From positions 45,141,299-45,199,722 of the forward strand of contig NC_068996.1 of the NCBI RefSeq assembly GCF_001194135.2: 58,424 nucleotides of DNA. The letters are read 5' to 3'. The DNA comes from Octopus bimaculoides. Lineage: Eukaryota. Of the stretch, positions 12,655 through 26,480 are shown in pieces. Every line of letters begins with the position of its first letter. Within the stretch, counting starts at the first letter, position 1. Below the pieces are notes generated by a model that made no database searches, was not told where the DNA came from, and saw nothing but the letters and a program-made list of their open reading frames with translations. The position numbers and the translations under genes are program-made.

Positions 12655-12692
<38 letters not shown>

Positions 12693-13229
12693 GCTCTCCT
12701 ACCCTCTCTCTCTCGCCCTCTTTCCCACTTCCTCACCCTTTGACTAATCATCAATCTCGATCATTCAAATTGACTGCTTTGTTTCAAATACAATGTTTTA
12801 TTTATACCATAACTCATTAGTTTTGTTGATTCAAGTCATTCATTTCTTCTTGATCAATATGCTTGTCATCTATCTCTTTCTATTCGCTCTTTCTCATCCG
12901 TTCTCACCCCTTCCTCTTCTGTCTCCTCTTTCCACCATGTCAGTTATTATTCAGAATCATTGAAAAACCTTAGAATTTATGTATTTATATTTTCTATGCA
13001 TATGTGCGCGTGTGTTGTTTGTATGAGTACTCGTAACGGTATGTTCTTCAACAAACTATACTGTTTTTTTCATACTTCTTTCGATCTGTATACTTTTAGA
13101 TATAATCTCATGATTTCATGATCCAAAGATATACACAATGTATAGATATGCGTGCGTGCGCATGTATGTGTGTGTATGTGTGTGTGTGTATCTCTCTTTC
13201 TCTCTTTACATACTCACAAAAAAAAAAAA

Positions 13230-13301
<72 letters not shown>

Positions 13302-14153
13302 NNNNNNNNNNNNNNNNNNNNNNNNNNNNNNNNNNNNNNNNNNNNNNNNNNNNNNNNNNNNNNNNNNNNNNNNNNNNNNNNNNNNNNNNNNNNNNNNNNN
13401 NNNNNNNNNNNNNNNNNNNNNNNNNNNNNNNNNNNNNNNNNNNNNNNNNNNNNNNNNNNNNNNNNNNNNNNNNNNNNNNNNNNNNNNNNNNNNNNNNNNN
13501 NNNNNNNNNNNNNNNNNNNNNNNNNNNNNNNNNNNNNNNNNNNNNNNNNNNNNNNNNNNNNNNNNNNNNNNNNNNNNNNNNNNNNNNNNNNNNNNNNNNN
13601 NNNNNNNNNNNNNNNNNNNNNNNNNNNNNNNNNNNNNNNNNNNNNNNNNNNNNNNNNNNNNNNNNNNNNNNNNNNNNNNNNNNNNNNNNNNNNNNNNNNN
13701 NNNNNNNNNNNNNNNNNNNNNNNNNNNNNNNNNNNNNNNNNNNNNNNNNNNNNNNNNNNNNNNNNNNNNNNNNNNNNNNNNNNNNNNNNNNNNNNNNNNN
13801 NNNNNNNNNNNNNNNNNNNNNNNNNNNNNNNNNNNNNNNNNNNNNNNNNNNNNNNNNNNNNNNNNNNNNNNNNNNNNNNNNNNNNNNNNNNNNNNNNNNN
13901 NNNNNNNNNNNNNNNNNNNNNNNNNNNNNNNNNNNNNNNNNNNNNNNNNNNNNNNNNNNNNNNNNNNNNNNNNNNNNNNNNNNNNNNNNNNNNNNNNNNN
14001 NNNNNNNNNNNNNNNNNNNNNNNNNNNNNNNNNNNNNNNNNNNNNNNNNNNNNNNNNNNNNNNNNNNNNNNNNNNNNNNNNNNNNNNNNNNNNNNNNNNN
14101 NNNNNNNNNNNNNNNNNNNNNNNNNNNNNNNNNNNNNNNNNNNNNNNNNNNNN

Positions 14154-14203
<50 letters not shown>

Positions 14204-14484
14204 TCACACACACAGAGGTGTACACATTCACGGTATATATATATATAAAATACATAAACACATGAGGATGTTCCACACACGCACTTCACAAACACACTTA
14301 CTCACGTATGTGCGTACGTACGTAAGCCACACACAAAGCGCACATACTTCCATACACACAAACCCCTGTGTAGCATGAATTGTTTTTTGTTTTTTTTCTC
14401 TTAATCAACAATACACACTTAACCTTGCTATTATTCCAGATAATCCATGTCCCTTATATATTTCCTCTTCTTTTTCATCACATT

Positions 14485-14583
14485 ATCATCACCACCACCA
14501 CCATCATCATTATCAACATCACCACCACTTCCACCACCAACATCACCGACGTCAACGTCGTCACCGTCATCATAATTATCATC

Positions 14584-14620
<37 letters not shown>

Positions 14621-14760
14621 CCGATACCACCACCACCAGCATCATCATCATCATCATCACCATCATAATCATCATCGTCATCATCATCATCATCAACTTC
14701 ATGATCGTCATCATCATCTTCGTCATCATCATCATTATCCTCATCGCTATCCATATCGTT
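14485..14760 (+). repeat. (CAT/CAC)n compound trinucleotide microsatellite
   Basis: Direct reading; source of the poly-I/D/M ORFs. Confidence 0.95.
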
Positions 14761-15342
14761 CCACCCCTTATCTTTTCCATCTCCCTTTTCGAATTCCCCG
14801 CCCCCGCTCCTCATCGCATCCAAAACCAAATTTCGATCCTTGTTATATACACACATGCAGACGCATTTCTTGTTTCCTCATTTCCCCGTTTCCAGTTATA
14901 TCGCTTTTTCTGTAGTCTCTTTCTTCTCTTATGTTTTTACAGTCGTTCCTTTTTTCTTTTTTTTTTCTTTGTTTTTTTTTGTTACATATGGTTTATGTTT
15001 CCACTTCCCCACCCACCTAAACCGCCCCTCACAACAGAGGTTCATTATGCGAAACGATTCTACAAACATCAGAACATCGTCGAAACAACAAACTCGGTTC
15101 TGAGAAAAGTCAGGGAGCCTCTATCAGATTATTAGCTTGATGCTGCAATCTGTATATGCTCACCCCCCCACACACATATATACATATATTCATACAAACA
15201 TATAAATATGAAAGTAAATACGTACATACATGTAAATATATATGTGTGTGTGTGTATGTATATAAGTGTATGTATATAAGTGTGTATGTATATAAGTGTA
15301 AATATTATCTTATATGTAATTTCATTTAATTTGAGTGTATGT

Positions 15343-15386
<44 letters not shown>

Positions 15387-15443
15387 AGACAAAATTGTGT
15401 TTGCGAATGTACGTATATATATATACAAGTAAGCATGTGCACG

Positions 15444-15474
<31 letters not shown>

Positions 15475-15483
15475 CAGTGTGTA

Positions 15484-15530
<47 letters not shown>

Positions 15531-15540
15531 AGTGAGTGAG

Positions 15541-15835
15541 TGTGCATGGCTCAGTGTTTAGAGCGTGAAGATCACAATCACAAAGTAGTGAGTTCGATTC
15601 CCGGACCAGGCTGCGTGTTGTGTTCTTAAGCAAGACACTTTATTTCACAGTGCTCCAGTTCACTCATCTTTAGAAATGAGTTGCAACGTCACTGGTGCCA
15701 ATCTGTATCGGCCATTGACTTTCGCTTGGATAAATCGTTGGCGTGGAGAGGGGAAGCTGGTATGCATGAGCGACCTGTGCCTTGGAGGGTAACTTTCTAT
15801 TTCTGTGCAATCCCACGGTAATTCGTGACTCAAAC
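15541..15835 (+). mobile_element. tRNA-like SINE family C copy
   Basis: A-box-like tggctcagtgtttagagc, B-box-like gagttcgattccc, then cttaagcaagacactttatttcac; homologous to 46040-46385 (minus). Confidence 0.8.
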
Positions 15836-16776
15836 GATCTTTATCATAGCGCACAGCGTTTGTTTATACTGTATTGTCCTCACTGTCCTTCTTTTGTTAC
15901 CACTTTCACCCTCCGCAAAAAATCCCAAATTTTATTTAATTTGCTTTGCGGGAAAGAGTTTTAACGAAGTCGTGTATTGTCCTTACCTTCGAAACGCGGG
16001 ACAACTGATAAAACAGGGGACAACTGATGAAGGGAATGTTCTTTATGTTGCATGNNNNNNNNNNNNNNNNNNNNNNNNNNNNNNNNNNNNNNNNNNNNNN
16101 NNNNNNNNNNNNNNNNNNNNNNNNNNNNNNNNNNNNNNNNNNNNNNNNNNNNNNNNNNNNNNNNNNNNNNNNNNNNNNNNNNNNNNNNNNNNNNNNNNNN
16201 NNNNNNNNNNNNNNNNNNNNNNNNNNNNNNNNNNNNNNNNNNNNNNNNNNNNNNNNNNNNNNNNNNNNNNNNNNNNNNNNNNNNNNNNNNNNNNNNNNNN
16301 NNNNNNNNNNNNNNNNNNNNNNNNNNNNNNNNNNNNTATATATATATATATATATCAGGAAAAAAGGGATTAAAAAACCAGGCAAATATCAATAAAGCAC
16401 TTATTTCTAAATGAATTTGGTTAACTATATCCAACAATCAGACACCAATAAATGCAAGAAGAATAAACGTCGAAGGTAATTCGTCATATATAGCATGTAG
16501 ATCCAAATATCATTGAGAAGAACTCCGAGAAATTTAGAGCACTAGGCAACAAAAATACGGATAGAGAACATCACATCTGTCATTGTGGAATTCACCTTAC
16601 AAAGTCGACGATCGTTTCTGTTGTGTCACCATATCTAAATATAGAAACTATCATTGACATTAATATTTCCGAAAAAACATAACATGGTTCTTCTGCTTCG
16701 TCCGTAGTCCCGTGGTAAAAATCACACAAATTCGCGCATACAAACACACACAAACACACACATACTTACACACATA

Positions 16777-16811
<35 letters not shown>

Positions 16812-17142
16812 TCACATATAAACACGCATGCACACACGTACACATTCAGAGAAAGAGAGTGGGGATAGTCTTTGTGAAAAGGAACAAAAAAATGGTGATG
16901 CATTGTCATATTTTCAAAGTAATATGGCTGCGTGTAAAAGCTACACGTCTCTGATGATTTGACACCTTCATTACGTAACTTGCATTATGTAACTGATAAT
17001 CACTTTATGTTAATGAAATAAGTATTGGGATTGATTCATTTGGTTAAATATTCTTCAAGGAAGTGCCCCAGCATGTCTGCAGTCTAACGAGTGAAACAAG
17101 TAAATGATATACACTTAGGTGTGTATGTATGAGAGAGTGTGA

Positions 17143-17186
<44 letters not shown>

Positions 17187-17287
17187 AAGTGTTTACGTGC
17201 ATGCGTGTGTGTATGTGAAAGAGTGTGTTTGTGTATGCATATATATATATATCATGCTTGATCGCTAAATCCACAAGCTATTTTTTT

Positions 17288-17695
17288 ATTCTCTCTGTTT
17301 ATTTTCTCTTATTTCTTTCTGTTGAAGAGCGTAGGCTCGAAACGTAAAAGACTTTCTCACTTTCCTGAGTGCCAAACTAATACATCTGCTTGTTCTTCAT
17401 ACACCTGTCTTCGTCTTGTTTTTTTTTTGTAAATTTCAACTATATGTATACACACACAAACACACACAGACACACACACACACACACGCACGTACGCTCG
17501 CACGCACACACACACACACAAACACACCCACACCCACACCCACATTCTTTCTTTCTATTTTCTCTTATGTCTTTCTGTTGAAGAGCGTATGCTTGAAACG
17601 CAAAAGACTTTCTCACTTCGCCAAGCGTAAAACTAACACTTCCTTGTCGTCCATACCTCTGTCTTCGTCTTTTGTTTATATTTCAACTATGTATA
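17288..17695 (+). repeat. Two tandem ~155-bp copies of a PLE-end-like repeat separated by (CA)n, each with a minimal hammerhead-like motif
   Basis: 17288-17445 and 17544-17695 align (ttctgttgaagagcgta.gct.gaaacg.aaaagactttctcactt..ctgtcttcgtctt). Confidence 0.75.
17314..17351 (+). ncRNA. Candidate minimal type I hammerhead ribozyme (variant core CUGUUGAA)
   Basis: Stem I tcttt/aaaga, core ctgttga+a, stem II gagc-gtag-gctc, GAAA, loopless palindromic stem III ACGT, GUA cleavage triplet (after 17346). Confidence 0.45.
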
Positions 17696-17709
17696 TCTAT
17701 CTATCTATG

Positions 17710-17782
<73 letters not shown>
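17695..17782 (+). repeat. (TCTA)n microsatellite
   Basis: Direct reading. Confidence 0.95.
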
Positions 17783-17784
<2 letters not shown>

Positions 17785-18724
17785 ATATGTATATATATAT
17801 ATATATANNNNNNNNNNNNNNNNNNNNNNNNNNNNNNNNNNNNNNNNNNNNNNNNNNNNNNNNNNNNNNNNNNNNNNNNNNNNNNNNNNNNNNNNNNNNN
17901 NNNNNNNNNNNNNNNNNNNNNNNNNNNNNNNNNNNNNNNNNNNNNNNNNNNNNNNNNNNNNNNNNNNNNNNNNNNNNNNNNNNNNNNNNNNNNNNNNNNN
18001 NNNNNNNNNNNNNNNNNNNNNNNNNNNNNNNNNNNNNNNNNNNNNNNNNNNNNNNNNNNNNNNNNNNNNNNNNNNNNNNNNNNNNNNNNNNNNNNNNNNN
18101 NNNNNNNNNNNNNNNNNNNNNNNNNNNNNNNNNNNNNNNNNNNNNNNNNNNNNNNNNNNNNNNNNNNNNNNNNNNNNNNNNNNNNNNNNNNNNNNNNNNN
18201 NNNNNNNNNNNNNNNNNNNNNNNNNNNNNNNNNNNNNNNNNNNNNNNNNNNNNNNNNNNNNNNTATTCACGAAATTTTGCATACAAGTGACACTAACATC
18301 CAGTTCAATAATAGGCAATTTGGATTTCAATAAAAGTCTATAATGTAACCCCGCTCCCCAGAGTCGTTGGACGAATTATGATGAAACGAGGAGGTTTCAA
18401 AATTGTAAGCGTGAAGTAACAACAGAGGGAAAGGTAGCAACAACTACATCACGTTAACGTTAATAAAGCTGTCATATACACGTGACACTACATACATACT
18501 TTCGTAAATACATAGATACAACACACACACACACACTCACACAGAAATGTGGGTGCGACGAAAACATAGCTTTAAGAAGAAAGAGCGAAGGTGGCTTTTC
18601 AAATGTCCACTGCAAAGAAACACACACATGCACACACATAAATATATATACATACATATGTCTACCCTATTTTAAATTCACGATTATCTGTGTATACTTT
18701 TGTAAATTTGTCTGTGTGCGTGTG

Positions 18725-18766
<42 letters not shown>

Positions 18767-20236
18767 TGTGTGTGTGCGTGTGTGCATGTGCGTGTCAGTG
18801 AGTGTGTGTGTGTGTGTNNNNNNNNNNGTGTGTGTGCGTGTGTGCATGTGCGTGTCAGTGAGTGTGTGTGTGTGTGTGTCTCTACTTGTGTAGGCTCTTC
18901 CCTATTGCTGTCACATATTGTGAGATTTTGAAATTACGTCAAAATTTTAAAATTTGGTATAATTGAAAAAATTTTCCACGTTAAATCCGATTTTGTTATT
19001 TATTTGTTCCTAACATCCACTTGAATGAAAGAGGAATTGGATGTCAATAGAGACCTATAATGGGCCCCTTAGGGAGGGGAGCTGCAGCACATGTTTACAA
19101 ATCAGCTACGATAAGCTACGACACGTGACAACGCCAGCTACTATGCGCGGATTATATCTCAATGCATTTGTAAATCTATCTATTTATCTAATTTATTTTA
19201 CTCAGATGCATATTCGTTTTTTAAAATAATACAGGGACATTCCTTATTCACCCACTAATCGTATTAATAGTTTGTAATACCTATTTTTTAGTAATAAACT
19301 ATTATCATAAAGGTTAATAAAATATCTAATGGCTTAATTACACCTGATTCTAAAATCTCTATATTAAACATAAGATTGGGGATCGGAACTTGAAATGACC
19401 CCTGCTTTTCCGATTATTATCGGGTAATTCAGCTAGTACACGCACACACACACACACACACACACACNNNNNNNNNNNNNNNNNNNNNNNNNNNNNNNNN
19501 NNNNNNNNNNNNNNNNNNNNNNNNNNNNNNNNNNNNNNNNNNNNNNNNNNNNNNNNNNNNNNNNNNNNNNNNNNNNNNNNNNNNNNNNNNNNNNNNNNNN
19601 NNNNNNNNNNNNNNNNNNNNNNNNNNNNNNNNNNNNNNNNNNNNNNNNNNNNNNNNNNNNNNNNNNNNNNNNNNNNNNNNNNNNNNNNNNNNNNNNNNNN
19701 NNNNNNNNNNNNNNNNNNNNNNNNNNNNNNNNNNNNNNNNNNNNNNNNNNNNNNNNNNNNNNNNNNNNNNNNNNNNNNNNNNNNNNNNNNNNNNNNNNNN
19801 NNNNNNNNNNNNNNNNNNNNNNNNNNNNNNNNNNNNNNNNNNNNNNNNNNNNNNNNNNNNNNNNNNNNNNNNNNNNNNNNNNNNNNNNNNNNNNNNNNNN
19901 NNNNNNNNNNNNNNNNNNNNNNNNNNNNNNNNNNNNNNNNNNNNNNNNNNNNNNNNNNNNNNNNNNNNNNNNNNNNNNNNNNNNNNNNNNNNNNNNNNNN
20001 NNNNNNNNNNNNNNNNNNNNNNNNNNNNNNNNNNNNNNNNNNNNNNNNNNNNNNNNNNNNNNNNNNNNNNNNNNNNNNNNNNNNNNNNNNNNNNNNNNNN
20101 NNNNNNNNNNNNNNNNNNNNNNNNNNNNNNNNNNNNNNNNNNNNNNNNNNNNNNNNNNNNNNNNNNNNNNNNNNNNNNNNNNNNNNNNNNNNNNNNNNNN
20201 NNNNNNNNNNNNNNNNNNNNNNNNNNNNNNNNNNNN

Positions 20237-20299
<63 letters not shown>

Positions 20300-21420
20300 T
20301 TCAGATGAATATGGTACTTATGCTTAGGCACCAGAATTTAGTACCGTATTATCCATACAATTTCACATATATATATATATATATATATATATGTCCATTT
20401 TTAAACGCTCCTGTACATCCATGTTATTGCGTAGTTATGTACTTCAAAACATAATCAAGTCATGTTTTTATATTGCTTTTTTGATACATACGAGCCTGAG
20501 AGATGTTCTTATTTTAAAGGAAGAATGCTGTGTTTAATATTTCTTTCTCATCATTGAAATAAATTAAAGATACATACATTTAGGGATACATTTTTATGCA
20601 TTAGACTATTGTTGCACGAACTCATTTGACCTAGTTATTTCCCCTTTCAGTTAAAGATGACATGCCGAGTTACACATGATTTTCTAGTAGTTACATAATT
20701 CAGTTCAATTTAGAATACAGAATATGTAAGAACAAGACATATTTTACTTTATCTACCAAATGTCATAATAAACCGTTACACCAAGACTTGTTTTACTGTT
20801 TCATGTTCCTTTATTTATTTGTAATTTAACGCTACACTTTCAAAACTAAACCCATGACTTCAAATTAAGAGATAACAGATTTTCCCGTAATATATGACAA
20901 GTATAGGATTCTTTTCTCTTCTTCCTAAATCCAATCTATTCACTTGTCCAAGAATTTAATAAACATCGTGTCTACTTGTCTCTAACCAAAACTACAATAT
21001 ACCAATTTTATTTGAGAACATTACTCCAGTCATTTCCCTACGTTTTTCCTTTTCTTTCTTTTTTATTATCCTGTTAAGATACTTTGTATTTTTCTTTAAA
21101 AATTCCCCGTCTTCCATTGTTACATATAAGCAGGTTTGAGACTGGTTCGCAAATGCTTCTATGAATTTTGTACTTTTATGATTTAAAGACGAAAATATTA
21201 CAATTCTGGCACCATAACTAATACATACATACATACATACATACACGCATGCATACATATATACATACACAGAAACGTGTATGCATGCTTGCATGCATAT
21301 ATACATACATACACATACATATATACATACATACATGTATAGGTGTACATTTGCATACATATACATACATGTATGCTGATGTATATGTGTGAGTTTCTAT
21401 GTCTGCATGAATGTGTGTGT

Positions 21421-21468
<48 letters not shown>

Positions 21469-22500
21469 CAGACTGTCGCATAGATATAGATAGATATATG
21501 TGAATGCATATTAAGCGAAAAGAGAGAACGATGTGAAATAAAAACAAAACAAAGGAATGACATAAAGAGTCGGAGATGAGAGACATATTTGAAAAACAAC
21601 GAAAGTTCTATTTGGAATGCAAAAATATATAAATAGCAAGGCATCTATGTTACAAACATTTGTGTGTATGTGTATGTGTGTGTGTGTGTGTGAGCGCGTG
21701 CGTGTGTCTCTGCTATATATTATGTTATTTTACATTATATTATATTTCAAGGAAGAAATTGACTTTAAATAAATGCACATCCATTAAGTTAGAACTGCAC
21801 TGTATGAGTTTTATGGAGGCGTTTCTTATTATTTTCCCTTTCCCCTCCTATTTTCTCTTTAATCTCATTTTTTTTGTTCTTTATTTCTTTTACCGTTTCT
21901 CAAANNNNNNNNNNNNNNNNNNNNNNNNNNNNNNNNNNNNNNNNNNNNNNNNNNNNNNNNNNNNNNNNNNNNNNNNNNNNNNNNNNNNNNNNNNNNNNNN
22001 NNNNNNNNNNNNNNNNNNNNNNNNNNNNNNNNNNNNNNNNNNNNNNNNNNNNNNNNNNNNNNNNNNNNNNNNNNNNNNNNNNNNNNNNNNNNNNNNNNNN
22101 NNNNNNNNNNNNNNNNNNNNNNNNNNNNNNNNNNNNNNNNNNNNNNNNNNNNNNNNNNNNNNNNNNNNNNNNNNNNNNNNNNNNNNNNNNNNNNNNNNNN
22201 NNNNNNNNNNNNNNNNNNNNNNNNNNNNNNNNNNNNNNNNNNNNNNNNNNNNNNNNNNNNNNNNNNNNNNNNNNNNNNNNNNNNNNNNNNNNNNNNNNNN
22301 NNNNNNNNNNNNNNNNNNNNNNNNNNNNNNNNNNNNNNNNNNNNNNNNNNNNNNNNNNNNNNNNNNNNNNNNNNNNNNNNNNNNNNNNNNNNNNNNNNNN
22401 NNNNNNNNNNNNNNNNNNNNNNNNNNNNNNNNNNNNNNNNNNNNNNNNNNNNNNNNNNNNNNNNNNNNNNNNNNNNNNNNNNNNNNNNNNNNNNNNNNNN

Positions 22501-22690
22501 TGAGTGAGTGAGTGAGTGAGTGAGTGAGTGAGTGAGTGAGTGAGTGAGGGAATGAGTGAGTGAGTGAGTGAGTAAGTGAGTGAGTGAGTGAATGAGTGAG
22601 TGAGTGAATGAGTGAGTGAGTAGTGACAGAGTGAGTGAGTGACTGAGTGAAAGATAGAGTGAGTGAGTGAGTGAGTGAGTATGAATAAGT
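22501..22690 (+). repeat. (TGAG)n microsatellite
   Basis: Direct reading. Confidence 0.95.
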
Positions 22691-23279
22691 AAGTGGATAT
22701 GAGTATGAGAATGAGTGGGTGAAACAGAAATAAAATACAAAGAGAAGGAAAACGATAGAAAAAGAGAAAAGTTGTTACAAAAGACAAGGGCTGGTAAATA
22801 GATAGGAGGATGAATTTAATGACTTAATGAGACATATATAAATACTTCTCGAGGTAACTGGATGTGAGACAGTGGGAATGTAGATGAATAAAGAGAAAAG
22901 AGAGACTGTGAAAGAAGTAGGATGCATGTTGAATAGAGAAAAGAGAAAAACAGAGGCCTACCAGATGTATATGATGAAAAAGAAAGAAAGAGCTTGAAGT
23001 TGAGTGCGGAGAAAGTGTGAATGCATGAAAGTGTGAGTGTGCGCGTGTGTCTATGTGCATATGTGAGTTTGGTTGTGCATATGCGTAGATGTGTGTATGT
23101 GTGCGTATATGTTTGTGCAACAAATAACTGGGAAGAGGAATAATAGAGACATACAAAAAAAAATGTGAGAATAGTTAAAAGTGCGAGATACTTCTGTATA
23201 TTTCTGTTTCCAAAGAAAACAAGGAAGAAATATGTATTGGAGAGAAATAACAGTAGTGAGAAAGGGAAGGGAGAGAGCA

Positions 23280-23323
23280 AGAGAGAGAGGGAGAGAGAGA
23301 GAGAGAGAGAGAGNNNNNNNNNN

Positions 23324-23369
<46 letters not shown>

Positions 23370-24390
23370 GAGTTTAAAAGACCTGCAAAACATAATAGAG
23401 AGGTTAAACAAACCAGAGAAGGAAAAGACGAGATCTACGAATAAATAATGAGAATGAGAGAGAAACTATGGAAGGCATTAAAGATATATGTGTAAAAGAA
23501 AGGGGTAGTATAGATGGGAAAGAGAGAAATAAAATTTAAAAAAGAAGGTACGAGACACAAAACCATGTAATGAGTGTCTTGCATAAAAAAAAAATACTGG
23601 CGGAAAATATATTCTTAATGAGTGAAATATCGGAAGATTTATAGTATGAGAAATGTGAGTATGGTATGCGTAAATAAGTCAGTCAGAGAATACGAGAGAG
23701 AGGGAAGAGAGAGAAAGAGAGAGAGAATATAAAGTTATGTGTGTGAGAGAGGGTGCATGCATGTATGCAAATATTTATGTAAATATGTAAATGTATAAGT
23801 TATACAAACACACACACATACGCATATATTGAGAAAATGAGAGATTAATATGAAGGAAAAGTAACATATACAGAAAGAGAAAGAGGGTGACAGTGAAAAG
23901 CGAGAAAGAGAGAGAGAAAGGAAGACTATAGTAATGGAATCAACAAAATAGATAAAAAAAAGAGGGTGAAGAATGTATGAATGAGGAGAGACTGAAGAGC
24001 GAAGGGGAAACGAAATGAAAGGAATAAATAGATAAATAAATAAATATGAAAAATCAAGGTAAATATATAAAGAAAGAAATTATGAAAGAAGTGAGATCAC
24101 AAAACAAACAAATAAAAGAAGGATGAGTTAAATGAGTCAAAACAGAAATTGAAAGAAATAAAATAGGTTTATAAAAATTGAAGAAAAAAAGCATTAATAA
24201 AATACATTAAAAAATAATAATAAATTACAAATTGAAAGTAAAAACCAGGCATAAAGTGAAATAAAAAAAAATTAAATTGTATAAATTTAAAAACGTAAAT
24301 AAAAAAAATGTTTAAAAATACAATGAAATGAAACACAGAACAATAAAAAATAAAAATTCAAAAAGAAAAACAAAATGAACGAAAGTAATA
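23280..24390 (+). repeat. Purine/A-rich low-complexity tract with (GA)n blocks
   Basis: About 1.1 kb strongly C-poor on the plus strand; no coherent ORF. Confidence 0.7.
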
Positions 24391-25426
24391 ATGTTGCGCA
24401 TTGATTCGCTTTTAGAATGTACCACAGCACAAACAGGTTTCCTAATAAGGCTGCTGATGTTGTTTGTGTTGTTTTTTTTTAATTTGTCTTCAAGTTTTTC
24501 TTATATTTTCTTTATATTTTATATTATGTATTGTTATGTTTTTTTCTTAGATTGTTTATTTCATCTAATGTCTTTAATTTATATATTTTGTTTTGCGTGT
24601 GTCTGTGTGTATGAATGTGTGTGAATGTGTGCGCGTACGTGTATGTGTGTGTGTGTGTGTCAATAGTGTAATTAAGTGATTACTTATGGATGCTTCGAAT
24701 TAAAAGCTTAACCCCTCCCTCTCTCTCTTTCTTTCTTTTTCGTTTCTTTCTTTTTCGTTTCTTTCTTTCTTTCTTTCTTTCTCTCCNNNNNNNNNNTCTT
24801 TCTTTTTCGTCTCTTTCTTTCTTTCTTTCTTTCTCTCCCACTCTCTCTCTCTTAGTCTCTCTCCATTTCTCTCCCGTCTGTCTCCTTTTTCTATGCGCAA
24901 ATGGGACGATTCTAAGAGTAAATGAAAAAAAAATTATAACGAATAAATATAAAATGAGCGCGCGAGTAAGCGAGAGAGAGAGAGAAAACAACAGAGAAAG
25001 GGAGAGTATGAGAGACAGAAAGATAAAGAGAGAGTGTGTATGAGAGAGAGAGAGTGGTGGAGAAGAAATCGAAAAACAGAAGAAAGGAGAAAAGAGACAG
25101 AAACAAAAATAGAAAAGAGAGAGGAAGCGAAAAATGGAGGAAATGGGGAGACACGGATAGAAACTGAATGGAAATAAAGATAAAAAATTGAGGAAAGAAA
25201 ACCAAGGAAATAGAACAAAAATTAATATAGGCAAGATGAGTGAAAGAGTAAAGTGAAGAGAAGGTTTTGGTGGGATTCGGGAAAAGGGGAAGAGTTTAGG
25301 TGATAAGAGAATGTGGGTTGACATAAAGTGATAATAGACGTTGAAATGAATGTCAATTTTTAAGTGACTTACAAGAACGATAACCGTTGCGCATTATATA
25401 CTTGTGTGTGTGTGTGTGTGTGTGTT

Positions 25427-25463
<37 letters not shown>

Positions 25464-26434
25464 GTGCGTGCGTGCGTGTGTGTGTAGCTGACACTGTATT
25501 AATATATATATCTACACGTACATGTATCTATCTATCTATCTATCTATCTACATATATACTTACACACACGCACACATACATATATAATATATATATACAT
25601 ATCATATAAATATATATACGATATATATATATATATATATATATATANNNNNNNNNNNNNNNNNNNNNNNNNNNNNNNNNNNNNNNNNNNNNNNNNNNNN
25701 NNNNNNNNNNNNNNNNNNNNNNNNNNNNNNNNNNNNNNNNNNNNNNNNNNNNNNNNNNNNNNNNNNNNNNNNNNNNNNNNNNNNNNNNNNNNNNNNNNNN
25801 NNNNNNNNNNNNNNNNNNNNNNNNNNNNNNNNNNNNNNNNNNNNNNNNNNNNNNNNNNNNNNNNNNNNNNNNNNNNNNNNNNNNNNNNNNNNNNNNNNNN
25901 NNNNNNNNNNNNNNNNNNNNNNNNNNNNNNNNNNNNNNNNNNNNNNNNNNNNNNNNNNNNNNNNNNNNNNNNNNNNNNNNNNNNNNNNNNNNNNNNNNNN
26001 NNNNNNNNNNNNNNNNNNNNNNNNNNNNNNNNNNNNNNNNNNNNNNNNNNNNNNNNNNNNNNNNNNNNNNNNNNNNNNNNNNNNNNNNNNNNNNNNNNNN
26101 NNNNNNNNNNNNNNNNNNNNNNNNNNNNNNNNNNNNNNNNNNNNNNNNNNNNNNNNNNNNNNNNNNNNNNNNNNNNNNNNNNNNNNNNNNNNNNNNNNNN
26201 NNNNNNNNNNNNNNNNNNNNNNNNNNNNNNNNNNNNNNNNNNNNNNNNNNNNNNNNNNNNNNNNNNNNNNNNNNNNNNNNNNNNNNNNNNNNNNNNNNNN
26301 NNNNNNNNNNNNNNNNNNNNNNNNNNNNNNNNNNNNNNNNNNNNNNNNNNNNNNNNNNNNNNNNNNNNNNNNNNNNNNNNNNNNNNNNNNNNNNNNNNNN
26401 NNNNNNNNNNNNNNNNNNNNNNNNNNNNNNNNNN

Positions 26435-26480
<46 letters not shown>

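Noticed and set aside
9642-14378. Long 200-400 aa ORFs containing X runs (also at 17-26 kb, 33 kb, 41 kb, 57 kb)
   Set aside because: They are open only because N-gaps contain no stop codons.
14380-15135. 251-aa ORF ending EVHYAKRFYKHQNIVETTNSVLRK
   Set aside because: Mostly (CAT)n; the unique tail is open in several frames with only weak splice signals.
15541-15610. tRNA gene
   Set aside because: The A/B-box-like head continues into SINE body sequence repeated elsewhere; same for the other SINE heads.
15975-16054. cgaaacgcg plus ctgatga motifs with duplicated gggacaactgat as a hammerhead or exon
   Set aside because: Motif order does not give a complete fold within visible sequence and the region runs into a gap; probably a PLE-end-like repeat but not demonstrable.
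18362-18404. 43-nt plus-strand exon candidate VVGRIMMKRGGFKI
   Set aside because: Splice signals are plausible but no family match or compatible neighbour; expected by chance in this much AT-rich DNA.
18770-18880. Exact ~50-bp duplication either side of a 10-N gap
   Set aside because: Typical scaffolding overlap artefact.
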